Shown: positions 27,121 to 41,744 of the stretch, one piece after another | Layout: each line of letters opens with the position of its first letter | How positions within the stretch are numbered: position 1 is the first letter of the stretch | From: Octopus bimaculoides | Taxonomy: Eukaryota | Direction: 5' to 3' | Assembly (NCBI RefSeq): GCF_001194135.2 | Contig: NC_068999.1 | Location: 20,887,571 to 20,951,242 of the forward strand | DNA length: 63,672 nucleotides | Translations under genes and position numbers: made by a program | The notes under the pieces: generated by a model | The model's database searches: none | The model's input: the letters and a program-made list of their open reading frames with translations, nothing else | What the model was told of the DNA's origin: nothing

Positions 27121-29139
27121 TTGATTAATTCATTCATTCATGATGTTGTCATGTTATATCTAGCGCAAGGGAAACTACCTGCTGCTACCCCGCTTGCAAT
27201 CTATGTCTACTACCACGCCTACCCGCTAAACCTGACAGCGGTTGACTGTGTACAGCACGTAAAACCAAGTAAGAGGGCCATACTACAATATTTGTTTATG
27301 GTTCAGTCCATTGTGCACCAGCCCTTCAAGCATTCGCAGAAAGAAGATGGACAGCCAGGAAAGTGGAAAGATTATCCAACATACAAAGATTTGTCAACGT
27401 AAATGTAAATGACATTACAGTGAGCTGCAGGCTTTTCTTTACATTGGGTACTTCACGATATTTCAGTGTGGATAATATGTCACCGTGAAGAGAAAGTAAA
27501 ATTAAGCCACTTTGATAAAGTTTCTGTGCAAAATTTTGTGCTCCGTTTGTCATCTTTCGACAGAAGCTTCTGCCTAAGACAATGTAATATTCATTGGATA
27601 TGAATGTAGCAGACGAATTTATATTGGGTATCTCTGAGTATCTTGATGTCGAACGTAATAAGCAAAACGGTTAAAATAACTGTCATATAATGAAGCAACA
27701 GGATACGTTTGTGTCTGTGTTTGTTTGCGTGTGTTTGTGTGTGTGTGTTTTTATATGTGTCTGTGTGTTTGTGTGTCTATGTTTGTGTGTGTTTGTGTAT
27801 GTGTGTATGTCTGTATGTGTGACTGTGTGTCTGTGTTTGTGTACTGTGTTTGGGTGTCTGAGTGTGTGTCTGTGTGTGCGTTTGCGTGCGTGTGTGGGGG
27901 CGGTTGCAGAGAGAGTGTGTGGTGTCAGTGTGGCCATGATGTTCCAGTAATACAACGAACTAGATTTCCTATTTATTTACTTGTGAATGTGCAACTGCAT
28001 TGCATAATGATGCACTTGCATACTAGTGCAAATGTATACATAATTTCCTGATTAGTGAAGTTAACATTACATACAGAAAATTGCGAAACGGCCGTAATCC
28101 TATGGAAAACACTTTGTTAAATGAATAAAAAATATATTCAATGCTCAAACCACTGGCTTTACGCTTATGCATATATATATATATATANNNNNNNNNNNNN
28201 NNNNNNNNNNNNNNNNNNNNNNNNNNNNNNNNNNNNNNNNNNNNNNNNNNNNNNNNNNNNNNNNNNNNNNNNNNNNNNNNNNNNNNNNNNNNNNNNNNNN
28301 NNNNNNNNNNNNNNNNNNNNNNNNNNNNNNNNNNNNNNNNNNNNNNNNNNNNNNNNNNNNNNNNNNNNNNNNNNNNNNNNNNNNNNNNNNNNNNNNNNNN
28401 NNNNNNNNNNNNNNNNNNNNNNNNNNNNNNNNNNNNNNNNNNNNNNNNNNNNNNNNNNNNNNNNNNNNNNNNNNNNNNNNNNNNNNNNNNNNNNNNNNNN
28501 NNNNNNNNNNNNNNNNNNNNNNNNNNNNNNNNNNNNNNNNNNNNNNNNNNNNNNNNNNNNNNNNNNNNNNNNNNNNNNNNNNNNNNNNNNNNNNNNNNNN
28601 NNNNNNNNNNNNNNNNNNNNNNNNNNNNNNNNNNNNNNNNNNNNNNNNNNNNNNNNNNNNNNNNNNNNNNNNNNNNNNNNNNNNNNNNNNNNNNNNNNNN
28701 NNNNNNNNNNNNNNNNNNNNNNNNNNNNNNNNNNNNNNNNNNNNNNNNNNNNNNNNNNNNNNNNNNNNNNNNNNNNNNNNNNNNNNNNNNNNNNNNNNNN
28801 NNNNNNNNNNNNNNNNNNNNNNNNNNNNNNNNNNNNNNNNNNNNNNNNNNNNNNNNNNNNNNNNNNNNNNNNNNNNNNNNNNNNNNNNNNNNNNNNNNNN
28901 NNNNNNNNNNNNNNNNNNNNNNNNNNNNNNNNNNNNNNNNNNNNNNNNNNNNNNNNNNNNNNNNNNNNNNNNNNNNNNNNNNNNNNNNNNNNNNNNNNNN
29001 NNNNNNNNNNNNNNNNNNNNNNNNNNNNNNNNNNNNNNNNNNNNNNNNNNNTATATATATATATGAAGCAATATACATATAGATATATACGCTCACAGAC
29101 ACACACATACATACACACACACGCATACTTGTGTGTGTA

Positions 29140-29180
<41 letters not shown>

Positions 29181-31075
29181 GTGTGTGTGTGCGTGTGTGC
29201 GCGCGCGCGAGTGAAATAATTTCTTTGGTCCGTCTTGGACGTTAGGAGTTTCAAAGCAAAATAAATTTATTTCTCTTTAATACTACTCATCACATTGCAT
29301 TTCATAATTAATACAAATTTCCATCCTTCTGTCGAAAATATATAATTCCTTAATTTTTGTTTGTATTTTGAGGTGACGATATTTTCCAAATAAGACGCAA
29401 AATATTGCCAAACTTAAGGTTTCTAATAACAACTAACAGACTTGAAGAATGCATGGAACCATATGGATCAAACAGCATTTTGTATTCATGGCTCGTTTAA
29501 TCTGGTGACTTGTTTAAATAATTAATTTCCATGTAGTTTCCCTGCTTTGTCTCAAGAAAACAATCCTGCAGAAAATCAAAATATAAAACTTACTCTTCAA
29601 ATAGAAACCAAATACTGTTGTTGCTACACTTGAATGTGGTAAATATGATAATTCACCAACAAAGAAACGACATATTTATGAAAACGAAGGGACAGCGGAA
29701 AAAAGACACGATTAATGCTGCAATAGATGCCAATGGAATAATCGTGTTGCTTGACAAACAAGAGAAAAATGCACACGCTATTAAACTTCGATTTTAATCC
29801 ATCTGATGATTATATTTTCTTTTCTACGTTTTTAAGAGTTTCCGATCGATCATGTAATCGGACGTTATTGACACAGTACAGCTAGTTAATATGTTGTATC
29901 TATTTAGATAAGGCTTATCACATTCTTTTCGATCTCTTTAAGCTCCCTATCTTAAACTGTTTCTGTAATTTTAAACTCTGAAGTAAATCACAAGACGCGT
30001 TCAAACATAAAAATAGTATTAAACCCTGATTTATTCGAATAATCAGCTGGGTACAAGCGTTGAAATGTCAAAATCTATGGCAATCCTTCCATACAAAATT
30101 TCAAATAACGTGAGAAACCTCATTGCGAAAAAAGTAAAAAAGCAGAAGACATTATAGCCAATAAATTTATCCTTGAACTCTTATTACCTGGTTCTCTCAA
30201 GCGAAACTCTTTAGCATTACGAAAGATGACCTTACATCTCGGAATATCGAAGAATTTTACGCTTGTATTCGCTTGCTTGATTAAAGCAATAATATCGTCA
30301 GAGAAGACTTCTCAAAATTAATCAAGGCGAAAATTTTATCAGGCATGTGCGACCCCCATGTTTTTCTCAATTTATGCGGGATTCTTCAAATTGCTGTAAG
30401 CTTTCAAAAGCTCTCTTATTTATTTGAGAAACTCTTCAATAGGCATCATTCGTAATCACCATGAAAGATTTATGGGCCTAGATGCAATTGTGCACATGGT
30501 TTGTTTTTTCATTGCATTAACTATCTGTATTGCTGATCCTGTTTCTCCTAAACAGCTTGAACTTCCCGATAAATGTGTCTCTTCATGACACGTACGTAAA
30601 AGTGATATTTTATCCTTGCAAACTTGGACACGTACATATTTACGTCATTCAAGAAAATGTAACAAACTTTGCTTTAAATAAAATCACATTGTTCTTGAAA
30701 ACAGTAGATATTGCATAATGGTGTCCTAGATAAAGTTTAATAATAGATTAATAATAAAGTTTAATAATAGTGGGAGTTGGCTTGGAAAGCATATGATTAA
30801 TTTGATAGAAAATGGAATGTTAATATATAAAAAAATGAAGCATTGTAATTATTCATTCGATATTCGAGTTAACGTAGTTTCATCTTTCTTTGAGTAAATT
30901 TTGAATTACCAGCAAACTTGCAGGGTATTTTGTTAGATACGAAAATCATTTCATGGGCAAATATCAGATATAACAATGGCTAATATAAAAGTATTTTACT
31001 AAAACTCTGTAAGTTGTAGTGAACACATGATATTAACGGATGTTCTAGATATGTATGAACTAGAAGGATGAAATA

Positions 31076-31296
31076 TACGAGGGGTTTCTGAAAAATTCCA
31101 TGCTTTAAGAGTTTCGCGAAAGGCCTAGTTGAAAACCCAACCTTCCGAGTTCTTTTACCGGGCTTAAAAAAGCTGAAGGGCTGCTGCATTAAGTGTGTGA
31201 GTCTCAGAAGGGAATACGCTGAATGAAATCATGATTATCTGATACTCTTTTATTTTATTTTACTCAAAGCCAGGAACTGTTCAGTTCCCCCTCGTA
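31076..31296 (+). mobile_element. Mariner-derived MITE (~220 bp)
   Basis: Imperfect TIRs TACGAGGGGTTTCTGAAAAATTCC and GGAACTGTTCAGTTCCCCCTCGTA, TA at both ends. The interior encodes a transposase C-terminal remnant (KKLKGCCIKCVSLRREYAE*). Confidence 0.82.
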
Positions 31297-32215
31297 TAAA
31301 ACCAATGCCTCAAGTAGTGTTAGAATCATTTAAACAAAAGAGTTAACTATACATATTTATAAACAGTATTCTTAAGATATACATTTCACAGGATCATAGG
31401 AATCTAATTCCGGTTGTATTCAATATTGTTCTCATTAATCTTACAAATTACAATTCGATTACTTTTGAAATATCTTTAACATCGACCGAGTATGTTGCCG
31501 AACTTTAGTGAAAGCAATACGACATCACATCATACTCTATACCATTGGCGCTTCCATTTCTGAATACTTTAATATTCAGGACTATGTTAGGTCAAAACCA
31601 AATATTTTCAGATATATCGTCACATATGTTGCTTCCAATTTGATATCACAAAAAATTATATGCAATATATTTATAAACTACAACGCAGCAGGATACTTTC
31701 CTTAAATATAATTGTATGAAAAAAATTAGTATCTGTGTCTTAATAAAACACTTCTGGACAAAGACTACAGTACATCTAAGCTACAATAGAATAATTCCGA
31801 AAAACTTACTATATCAATGAAAGATACGAGACAGAATTTTTATCTGAAAATTGTATGTATGAGCATTGACATACACTTAATAGTATTAGAAACATATATG
31901 AATTAAAATGGCTCCCAATGCGACTGTATTCACATTGCTTACATTTCAGGACTACTCATGAGCATGCTGAGTATGTATGTATATATGTATATAGAGTATA
32001 CACGTATGTATACACATATGCATATATTCAGAAATATATACATATATCTCTAAATGCATACATATATAGTGCTTTTATATTATGTAGATATGTATATGCA
32101 TGCATACTATAAATCTCTCTCAAGCAGCCCTCTCCCACACAGACACACATATCCACACTCACACACATTTATGTATATCTATATATCCAGAGAGAGTTGG
32201 CGAAAGACGTATATC

Positions 32216-32250
<35 letters not shown>

Positions 32251-32309
32251 TGGTGCATATATAAAATCTTCTAACTTACGCTCTTTCTTACCTTACTTTT
32301 GTGTTAAAT

Positions 32310-34580
32310 AATGTCAGACACAGCAAATTAAAAGCAACGCTATAATCCTTGTCTTAAAAGTGCAGCATATTGCTACAGAGATAGCACTCTTCATCGAAGT
32401 TACCCGATTCTTAGTCATCAAAGTTAGAAAGGAGCTGGAAGCTGCTGACGGGGATCCAACATCAACAGGTAAACTCAAAACATATGCATAGGCCTCTAGT
32501 ACCGCCAGAACACATAATTTGTAGGAAACGTTCAAGAAATAATTGATGAAAGCACAGAAATTTATTCAGAGTCGTTGCAAAGGTCCTGAAAGTTTTACAA
32601 TACACCATAAGAAGATTTGTATGAGGAAATCCGGTACAAGTTGTATGCGATGCAGAGAGGGGCCCGTTTATGTCGAATGTAACAATAGATAATCATTTGG
32701 TCTCGACAAGGCGCTTGCTAAACTAGTTAAAAGACTAAGTGGCTGGAATGCTTTTTAATGAAAAGAAAACTTCGTTGAAGAGCAAAAACTAACCTAAATG
32801 AAATACAGATGATTATGCAGAGACCTGAATGAGGTTCCAAACTTCATGCATACTACTTGGTCGTCAAGTATGAAATTTCTAGAAAAGATAAAAAGTTTGC
32901 TAATACAAGGAATAGTTTTATTCATCAAAGTATGCACCCATATTGTCAATACATTTCTGCCATTTTAGCGGTAGCTTGTCCAGCCCGGAACTGTAAAAAC
33001 CTGGCAATCTAGAGTCAATAAAATCTTGGAAGGCCTGTTTTACAGCATCGTCGGAATTAACTGTTTTCCTATCAAAAATTATCCAAATTCTGGACGAATT
33101 GGTAGTCAGTGGGGGCAACATTAGGTGAGTATGGTGGATGGTGGAGAACTTCCAACTCCAATTCCTGTAGTTTTGCCAATGTCATTTTTGCGATGTGTGG
33201 TCTGGCGTTGTCTTGCAATAAAATAGGAGTGTATCTGTTGACTAATCTAGGCTGGGTTCTTTTTCTTTTGTAAGTTTCTGCATCATTTGGTCCAGTTGGC
33301 TGCAGTATACTTCGGCCGTGATTGATGAGCCAGCTTTAATGAAATCATAATGGATCACACCTGCGCCAGACCACCAAGCACACACCATCAGCTTCTTTTG
33401 ATGATTTTTTCTTTTTGGACTGCATTTTAGTGGCTCGTCGTTGTCCAACTTTTGTGCTGATCGTTGACGGTTGCTATATTGGATCCATTACTCATCACAT
33501 GTATCAGTTCGATTTATAAATTATTCATTCTTGTGACGAGAAAGTAGCATAATAAAGTCTTCCAAACGTTGTTGTTTCTGATTTTCATTGAGTTCATGTG
33601 GAACCTACTTATCCAACGTGTTTACTTTACCGATTTGAAGTAGGTGAGTTAATATTATTTGCTTCCTAACACCAAACAACGATAATTCACCAGCACTTTA
33701 AGATTGATCTGACTCGACGGTGGCTTTCAGTCCGTCATTATCCACCTTTGTTTCTGGTCGACCGCCTTGCTCATTTATGAGGCCAAAGTTACCAGAACGA
33801 AATTTTGAAAACCAATTTGATACTATCTTCTGTGTAATAACATTAGAATGGAATATACCATTAATATTCCGAGTCTGTGATGCTGTATTTCCAAGAAAGA
33901 GCTCATATTTCAAAACTGTTCGAATTTCTGACATATCCATCTCTAAACAGTAACAAAACGAATTATAAATACTTTATAAAGTACAAAATGAGTTACAATA
34001 AAGAAATAAATGTGTCAGCTTTCTAACAAAAAATATTGTTAAAATATAATAATGGCGCAAAATGAGCAGCTGTCAAAGTTTACCATGTTTGACAACAAAT
34101 TTCGTACTTGACGACCCAATAAATTCCCAGTAAGTGAGCATTCGTTCTGGACATCGTCATTCTTCCTCACTTTCTTGCACACGTCTTAAGAATCAAAGCT
34201 GTGGGGAAAGTTATGGGGCCCTGGATAAACAGAGTACGCAACGAAAGACCGTCCGCCTTCCAAGAAGACTCTGCGCCATCGCATATAACTAGGACAACCC
34301 AAGCATTGATGCATGCCAATATTCATGACCATGTTATATCAGACCTATGGTCACGCAGCGTCAGACCTATGGTCACCTAAATCCACTGAATTATAACGTA
34401 AGGTACATAGTCGAGAGATGGGTCATTCAACGCCCCCATAACTCCATAAAATCTCTAAACACTGCCATAATCAGAATTATGTCCGTAATTGATAAAGATC
34501 ATCAGATTCGTGCATGCCAATTCTTTCAACTCCGTATTGAAGGCGCTAATAATGTTAAGATAGGTTCATTGAATATGTGC
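32310..34580 (+). mobile_element. Tc1/mariner DD37D-type (maT-like) transposon, degraded, interrupted by a mariner
   Basis: N-terminal piece (IILVLKVQH..EIALFIEVTRFLVIKVRKELEAADGDP; EIRYKLYAMQR), ..DLNEVPNFMHT|KFP.. across the insertion, C-terminal FQEDSAPSH..DLWSRS..NPLNY..LIRAC-like end. The D-to-D spacing comes to 37 if the usual SPDLNPLD motif is restored. Termini not identified. Confidence 0.75.
32854..34121 (-). mobile_element. Full-length (~1.27 kb) mariner (DD34D) with TIRs and TA duplication, pseudogenised
   Basis: Ends TA-CTTGGTCGTCAAGTATGAAATTT and AAATTTCGTACTTGACGACCCAA-TA are inverted repeats. Minus-strand MDMSEIRTVLKYE..WFSKFRSGNF..GRPETKVDND; KKLMVCAWWS..GVIHYDF; LQDNARPH..YSPNVAPTDY (counted D-34-D); KLPLKWQKCIDNMGAYFDE*. 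Confidence 0.95.
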
Positions 34581-34686
34581 GGTAAAAGAAATCTCAAGAA
34601 TATTTGTATTATTTTCAAATACAGCTTTTCTTTGTTAAGGAAAGCTGTATAAATAATGACCTAAAAAACTGACGCACGAAATGTAA

Positions 34687-34788
<102 letters not shown>

Positions 34789-35097
34789 CTGTCTGTCTGT
34801 ATGTATGTATGTATGTATGCATGTATGTACGTACGTATGTATATATGTATGTTTGATGCTACAATATTTCTGTTTATATAATACTAAAATTGCAAGTGAT
34901 TCTCTAACTGCTCCTAGATTTTCTTCAAACTTTTTTTTCTAGAGGGAAATATTCCGAATCATAACAACGTTATGCTTAAAATTTCCAACTTATTTTCCAA
35001 CTAAAACATTCATCTATTTAGAAAACCTTGATTTCCTGCTTATGGTGGATGTTTTCCCATAAAATAAAACACTGCGTTATTATATTGAGAGGATATT

Positions 35098-35308
35098 TCA
35101 TAAGGACTCATGGTGCATAAAAGCATTCGACTTTATGTCATTCAAAAACGAGAATCGTTTGATACGGCAGCCGGAACTGTAAGATCATGTAACTTCATCC
35201 TGCTATGGGTTCCTCGGGGACAGATGTCCAACAACGCGATAACAGCCGAATCTCCCGTCAACGGTATATAGAATCTTCTTTGCTCTTATGCACCATAAGT
35301 CCTCATGA
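35098..35308. mobile_element. Putative MITE with 28-bp terminal inverted repeats
   Basis: TCATAAGGACTCATGGTGCATAAAAGCA (35098-35125) versus the reverse complement of 35281-35308, TCATGAGGACTTATGGTGCATAAGAGCA: 25/28 identical. Confidence 0.65.
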
Positions 35309-37377
35309 GAGTTCCTCTCAAGATAAATAAGGCAGTATTCCTTGTTCTAACTCAACGTTCACGTTAAGAGGGAGATAAAGATTAATATTTTTTAATTAAT
35401 ACTGCTTCATTATCTATTAATAAGCCCATTGCCTATTTGCGACACCAGAGTCTGCATAGACACTTAAATTCTATTCATATCCTTGACCCAGCTGTTATTG
35501 TGCTGCGGGACTTCTGTAACTAAAGGGCCACAGCAGGGAAAAGCCAAGTGTTCTGGAAGTCCCTGCGACAATAGTAGGGCATTCTTGTCTCTCAACGATA
35601 TAACTACGTGTGCTTTTATGCATCACGTGTCCTTATGCGAGAACCTCTCAAGGCAAATAACGTCATATTATATATTCTAATAAAACCTCCAAGTTAATTT
35701 GGTGACCAAGATTACATTGTGGTATTAATGCAGCTTCTGTCACCATCAATTAGACATTTCATTAATTCTTATGCCATCAGGGAAAGGAAACCATTTTCCA
35801 TTCACACACACACACAGAAACGAAAGGGTTGTATAATTGTTTCACTGATAACCTTTATTTTAATGCCAGCATAATACAATTGTGGTGTTTGTGCAATATA
35901 TTATGCAGTTTCTATGCTCATCAGGTAATATTTAAAACAGAGTGAAATAATGAAATCTAGAGTAATTTTTTGATCCTCAAGTAAGAGAATTTAAACATTC
36001 CGATTTATTAAAATGTACAAAGTTACTGAGCCTAAAACTGAAAATTAAGTATAGCATACAACAGAAATAGGAGGAATTATAATTTGTGGATATAGACCGT
36101 AAGATTAAGTCACAGAGGTTTATTCACATTGACAAAAGCAGTCAATCGGCGCTGAGAATCGCATTAACATTATTAGACATTTTCAGAGCAGATGATTAAA
36201 ACAGCTCCTAAAATCTTTTTTATTTCAGTTCTGATTTATATACACACATATGTACCTACAAACTCACACCTGCACATATTTTTTTTTATATATAAACGCG
36301 TACGCATACACGTATACATATCTGTATACACACACATATACATGTATATGTATAAATGCATACTTAAAATCCTAAACTTTGCACAAGTGATTTAAGATAA
36401 GACAAAAGAATATTGCGTAATCCATACCAGTGTATTACACTTGTATCAAAATTAGATTCTCAATGAAACAATTGTCGCAACATTTAAAATCAGTTCGTTT
36501 GATTGTATATTATTTCATGTCACATGAAATTGTCTTAGTATTCGTTAAATAACTTGCAGACATTTGTAATTGAGGATTACCCAAAAACGGCGTCTGAATT
36601 TCATTGATGCCTTCTGCACTGATAATGGATTCCATCACTGTCTGCCTTGCCTGATTCTGTCAAGCCAATCAGTAGTGTACTACACGTTGATGGAACTTGA
36701 TTCTTTATGAGTCCTATATAATCAATATGTATGTATGCATGTATATATTTAGTTCGAGTTACATGTGTTATTATTTAAAACAGTTCGACTCGTCTCCATC
36801 CGACTTTAGTTTACCCGTAATATAAACCTCAAAGAATGTATTTCCAATCAACGCTGCATATGTTTCTGCGCTGGAGGGGTGTTTATCAATGTTATACCTA
36901 ATACATAAATCCATCAGTGCGTCGTCAGGCTATTGATTTTATTGTTATTATTATTAACAGAATAAAGTTAAAAATACATATTAGAATAAAAATATAATTT
37001 TAAAAATATATAAATTACGAATATATTTTTAAAACACCTAAATCACAGTACCGACATATATAGAAAATGCTAAACCTATGGAAATCCTCAACGACTATAT
37101 TATAAACACATCAAACCCTACAGCCTACCTATGTAAACATTACTGGAATTAATAATTTAGTGTAAGATTTACCCCTATCTATACCAGTATATAGTACCGT
37201 TTCTTATGTCAAACGTAAGTTAATAGTATTTAAGAAAATTATTTAGTAAAAACAACAATATACGTTATAAATTTACTAAATAATACTCGTAAAAAATCTA
37301 ATAAAAAATATCAATAAAGGAAGAATATTTATCGACATAATGTTTACTCCTCATTCCTGTGTAAATGGCTGCTCCCT

Positions 37378-37577
37378 CATCATGCAAAATGAAAAACCGT
37401 TTTTCTCAGGTCAGGTATTTTAAGAGTAAAATTTAACACTTAACATTCTTTACTTTCCCTGCTGTAACGTACATGAAAGTGTCAACTTGCACTATGTTCT
37501 ATTTTTGTGAGGAATCCCAAGTGTTAAAATTTACTCTTAATTCACCTCAAGAAAACTTCTTTTCTTTTGACATGATG
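37378..37577. mobile_element. Putative MITE with ~60-bp imperfect inverted arms
   Basis: Inner arms TTAAGAGTAAAATTTAACACTT / AAGTGTTAAAATTTACTCTTAA (21/22). Outer arms CATCATGCAAAATGAAAA..TTTTCTCAGGT / ACCTCAAGAAAA..TTTTCTTTTGACATGATG. Confidence 0.7.
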
Positions 37578-38110
37578 TAACACTTTTGTTCATCAATAAA
37601 GAACACGTCTGAAACAGCTGTAATAAACATCAACACATCTGTGTTATTGTTTGTTCTTCTCCTAACTCGAAGCAATCCATGCCTTGGATCTGGTGCCTAT
37701 AGTCGCCTATGGTCGTCGCCGTGTGTGTACCCCTGTGTGATTTTGAGTACCCGTTTGGTATTTTTTCTGTTCTTCGGAATGTGTGCAAAGCTGGAGTCAG
37801 AAACCCGTATTTACTTTAGTAAGTACGCATATTTCAGTACATATTGTTAGTGTACCGGTGAGCTATGCTGGACTCTACTTTGGTGATTCTACTTTTTAAA
37901 TACCTGATACTATCGGATCCTGAAAAGTACAGATATATTTATATGCATACATGTGAGCGTGCATGTGTCTATATACGTTCGATACAACAAAATTCTTGGA
38001 AGTTTTGAAAGTATAAATTCCTATGTTGTTGTTACGGAAATACACATATTCTTAAGATGGCGTTGTAGAAGAACAAATGAGGCAACATTTCAATAATGTA
38101 CAATCAATTC

Positions 38111-38334
38111 TCTCTTTTGCTCTTTTACTCTTTTACTTGTTTCAGTCATTTGACTGCGGCCATGCTGGAGTGCCACCTTTAGTCGAGCAAATCGACCCCA
38201 GGACTTATTCTTTGGATGCCTAGTATTTATTCTATCGGTCTCTTTTGCCGAACCGCTAGTTTATGGGGACGTAAATGCACCAGCATCGGTTTTCAAACGA
38301 TGTTAGGGAGACAAACGCAGACACACAAACACAT

Positions 38335-38367
<33 letters not shown>

Positions 38368-38526
38368 CATATATACGACGGCTTTCTTTACGTCTACCAA
38401 ATGCATTCACAAGGCTTTGGTCGGCCCGAGGCTATAGTAGAAGACACTTGCCCAAGGTGTCACGCAGTGGGACTGAACCCAGAACCATGTGGTTGGTAAG
38501 CAAGCTACTTACCACACAGCCACCCC
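38111..38526 (-). mobile_element. Full-length CORE-type SINE (octopus OR1-like)
   Basis: Minus strand: tRNA-like head GTGGCTGTGTGGTAAG..GGGTTCAGTCCC, CORE-like ACCTTGGGCAAGTGTCTT, internal (TA)/(TG) tract, 3' domain, (AAAAGAGT) tail. Confidence 0.92.
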
Positions 38527-39639
38527 TGGGCCTAATTCGTGTATGTATTTTAAATTATGCCGAACAGGCTTTTGGGAATATATCATCTCCTGGTCTTTGT
38601 CATTTTTGAGTCGATAAAGAGTGATGTTCTATAGGATTATCTACTATTACGGATAACTGTATCTATCACATGGCGTTACCCTAATCAGTTCCTTGTCTCC
38701 TACGGTGTAGTTCTTATTGTTCCAAAAATCAGAATATTACCTCCTTAAGTAATCTAACAAATATCATTTACATCAATACGCCTCAGTCTACGGTAGAGAC
38801 CTGAAAACATCTTCATCAACGATGAAATAATTCTTACTCTGTTTCCAAATGTTGAATGATAGATATAGTTTTGCATAAATAAATTCCGTTAACACAATAT
38901 AAATATAACGAATAAATATAGCGAACAAGGAAGAAAGTAGGCTTAGATGAATCATAGGCCTTGATAATGTAATTTATGATCCGTTTCAATGGTGAAGATA
39001 TTTCGAATTAATAACAGTAAGACATAATATAATTTACAAAGCAAATCTAAAAACAAACAAATCAGAATCATTTCTGTCAAAACATTTATAGCGTCTAAAG
39101 TAAATATGTTTTCTGTATTTCACAGAAATCATAAGATATTTTGAAAAAAATTAAATTTTTAAAAATAAATAGATGTGGAACATCATTTTTATATGATACA
39201 CTATAAAAGAAATCAATATACAAAAATTTATGTTGTGATCAAAAGAAAACTGAACATTCTAGTACTTTCTAATCTAAAAAAAATAATACAAACGAAAAAT
39301 AACAGCTGAATCACTAAAACTGAAGTAATACATGTATGTTTCTTAAAGGTAAGACGCAGATGATATATGAATATTGATATTGTGTAAGAGTCGGAATTAT
39401 ATTGAAATTATTGCAGCTGCTTGCAATGAGTTAGATAATAACAGTCTACGGGCATTTTGAATATCTAATTTCTACTATATATGTACAAGCACTTATATAT
39501 GAATACATCATTTGCTCATGCATCTACATATGTATATATGAAACATTATCTACATCATATTATCAAAACCGTTCTTACATATTTATATTAGTAAATATGT
39601 AAGAACATATATATATATATATATACATATATATACATA

Positions 39640-39715
<76 letters not shown>

Positions 39716-40325
39716 TATATATATATACATATACGTACATACTTACATATATATGCATATATATATATACATGTATGGGTATAGGACGTCACAAAACGTA
39801 AACAACATGAAATACGAAGGCAAACTTGGGTATGCGAATAACGAGAGAAATAAATGGAAAACAAGAGAAGTAACATAAAAAACGACCCTTCTTTCGATGC
39901 CGGATATTTATCTACTCCACATTTCGAGCAATTAACGACAATATGAAGCTTCGAAAAACAGTTGCTCCCGCGAACCAAAATAAAATTTGGGATTTGCGAA
40001 GGGACAAAGTTGGTAATAAAAACAGGACAGTGGAGACATACAACAAACCAAACGAAAATAAACATGCAGGGCCGTTAGGCCAGCCGAGGTAAGGTAGCGA
40101 ACGCTGGAGGAATGTTTTTTTATAAGAGAAAAGATAGGATAGGAGACAGATAGGAGACAGATAGGAGACAGATAAGAATGCGTCTGGTCTGTGCAACAGA
40201 CTGAGGGAAAAGATGATCACGTGAGGAAAAGAAAGATGGACGATGATCACGTTGAAGTGGAGAAAAAATGAATTAGAGAAAGGATGAGAGAGAAAACACG
40301 AAAGGGGGAGAAGATCATATGTATG

Positions 40326-40363
<38 letters not shown>

Positions 40364-41367
40364 AGATTATTTTTGTGCTGTGAAATTCCCGTCGTTGCAA
40401 TGAAAGTAATTTTTAATAAGTTTTTAACATCTTACTCGCTATTAGAATAGCTACTTTCATCAATAAATATTTAATACTCTCCTAGTGTCCTATAAAATTC
40501 CCTCATAATCATTTCTTTCAGCTTCTCTCGCTCTCTTTCTCTCTCTCTCACTCACACTCGCCCTCATTCTTTTCCGTCTCTGTCACTCTTTCTCCATCTT
40601 CACCATCTCTCGTTCTATTTTTCTTTCTCTCTTTCTGTCTCTTTCTCTCTTTCTGTCTCTTTCTCTCTCTCCCTGTTTTAAGGCGGCAATGTCTTACACT
40701 CCCATTTTTCCTATTTAGTTTCACGACCTCTCCCTCATATACATGGTCTCAGCATAAAACTCACAGTAGCGTTTAAAATAAACTAAAACATATTCAATTC
40801 CGACAATTTTTCACTGTCTCTTCAGTTTTCTCGCTTTTTATTCATTTTTATTATTTTCCTGATAATTTGTTTCTCTTCCGAAGCGACTCTCCATTTCCTC
40901 TTTTGTTCAATTAGGCTCTCCCTTTTTTATTCATCTTTTGAAATTTTGTTCTCTTTGATTTCAGGATGCCTTTCACTTATGTAATAACTTGCTCTCAGAT
41001 CACATATATTCAAATGTTAGAATTTTAAATTTTCTAACACACGTATTGACCAAGATATTTTTTGTGAATGTAATCGACCCATGATTTGTTTCAATAATGA
41101 TATAAAATTGGATGCATATACGTATACATGTGTGTAAGGATATTGAATCATAATCGCAAATTTCATGACAACAAACTGTAAAAGATGGTGAAAATCAGAA
41201 AACTGAAAGTGTTAATTAATGATAAACTACATTACTGTATGCCATCATACGAAAGATCAAAACACAGAATTTTGAAATATTTCACAAAAAGAAAATAGTG
41301 AAAGTTTCTTAAAAGGGAGTTTATTTCAGAAACATTAATATATATACATACATACATACATACATAC

Positions 41368-41409
<42 letters not shown>

Positions 41410-41744
41410 GTTAATTCTCTTCCCACATCTTTCATTATCTTTGTTTTTCTTAAAACAGATATGCCGAAAATATTAACGGACGATCAGAAGACTAGTTTAG
41501 GACATCTAAGATATATTAAGCTCACACACTTGTTTATACCTCTTAGCTCTTCACAAATATACAATTCGTATTAAGATATGACCCGTTTACAGATTCTTCT
41601 GTAAATTAATTTGCAGTCATACAAATGGTATTAGTGAAAAGTCAAACAATTTAGTAGATAGAGAAACGGTGAAATATTATAAAACATAACGTAAGTACTT
41701 ATATTAGATTAAATATGGTGTTCTTTCTTGCCTTTAACCCTCCA

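Noticed and set aside
27121-27553. 93-aa (+) and 75-aa (-) ORFs in moderately GC-rich sequence
   Set aside because: No motif recognised and no consistent exon structure.
35901-35924. Minus-strand CTGATGA-GCATA-GAAACTGCA
   Set aside because: No helix II possible in 5 nt and no NUH triplet or helix I; chance or heavily decayed.
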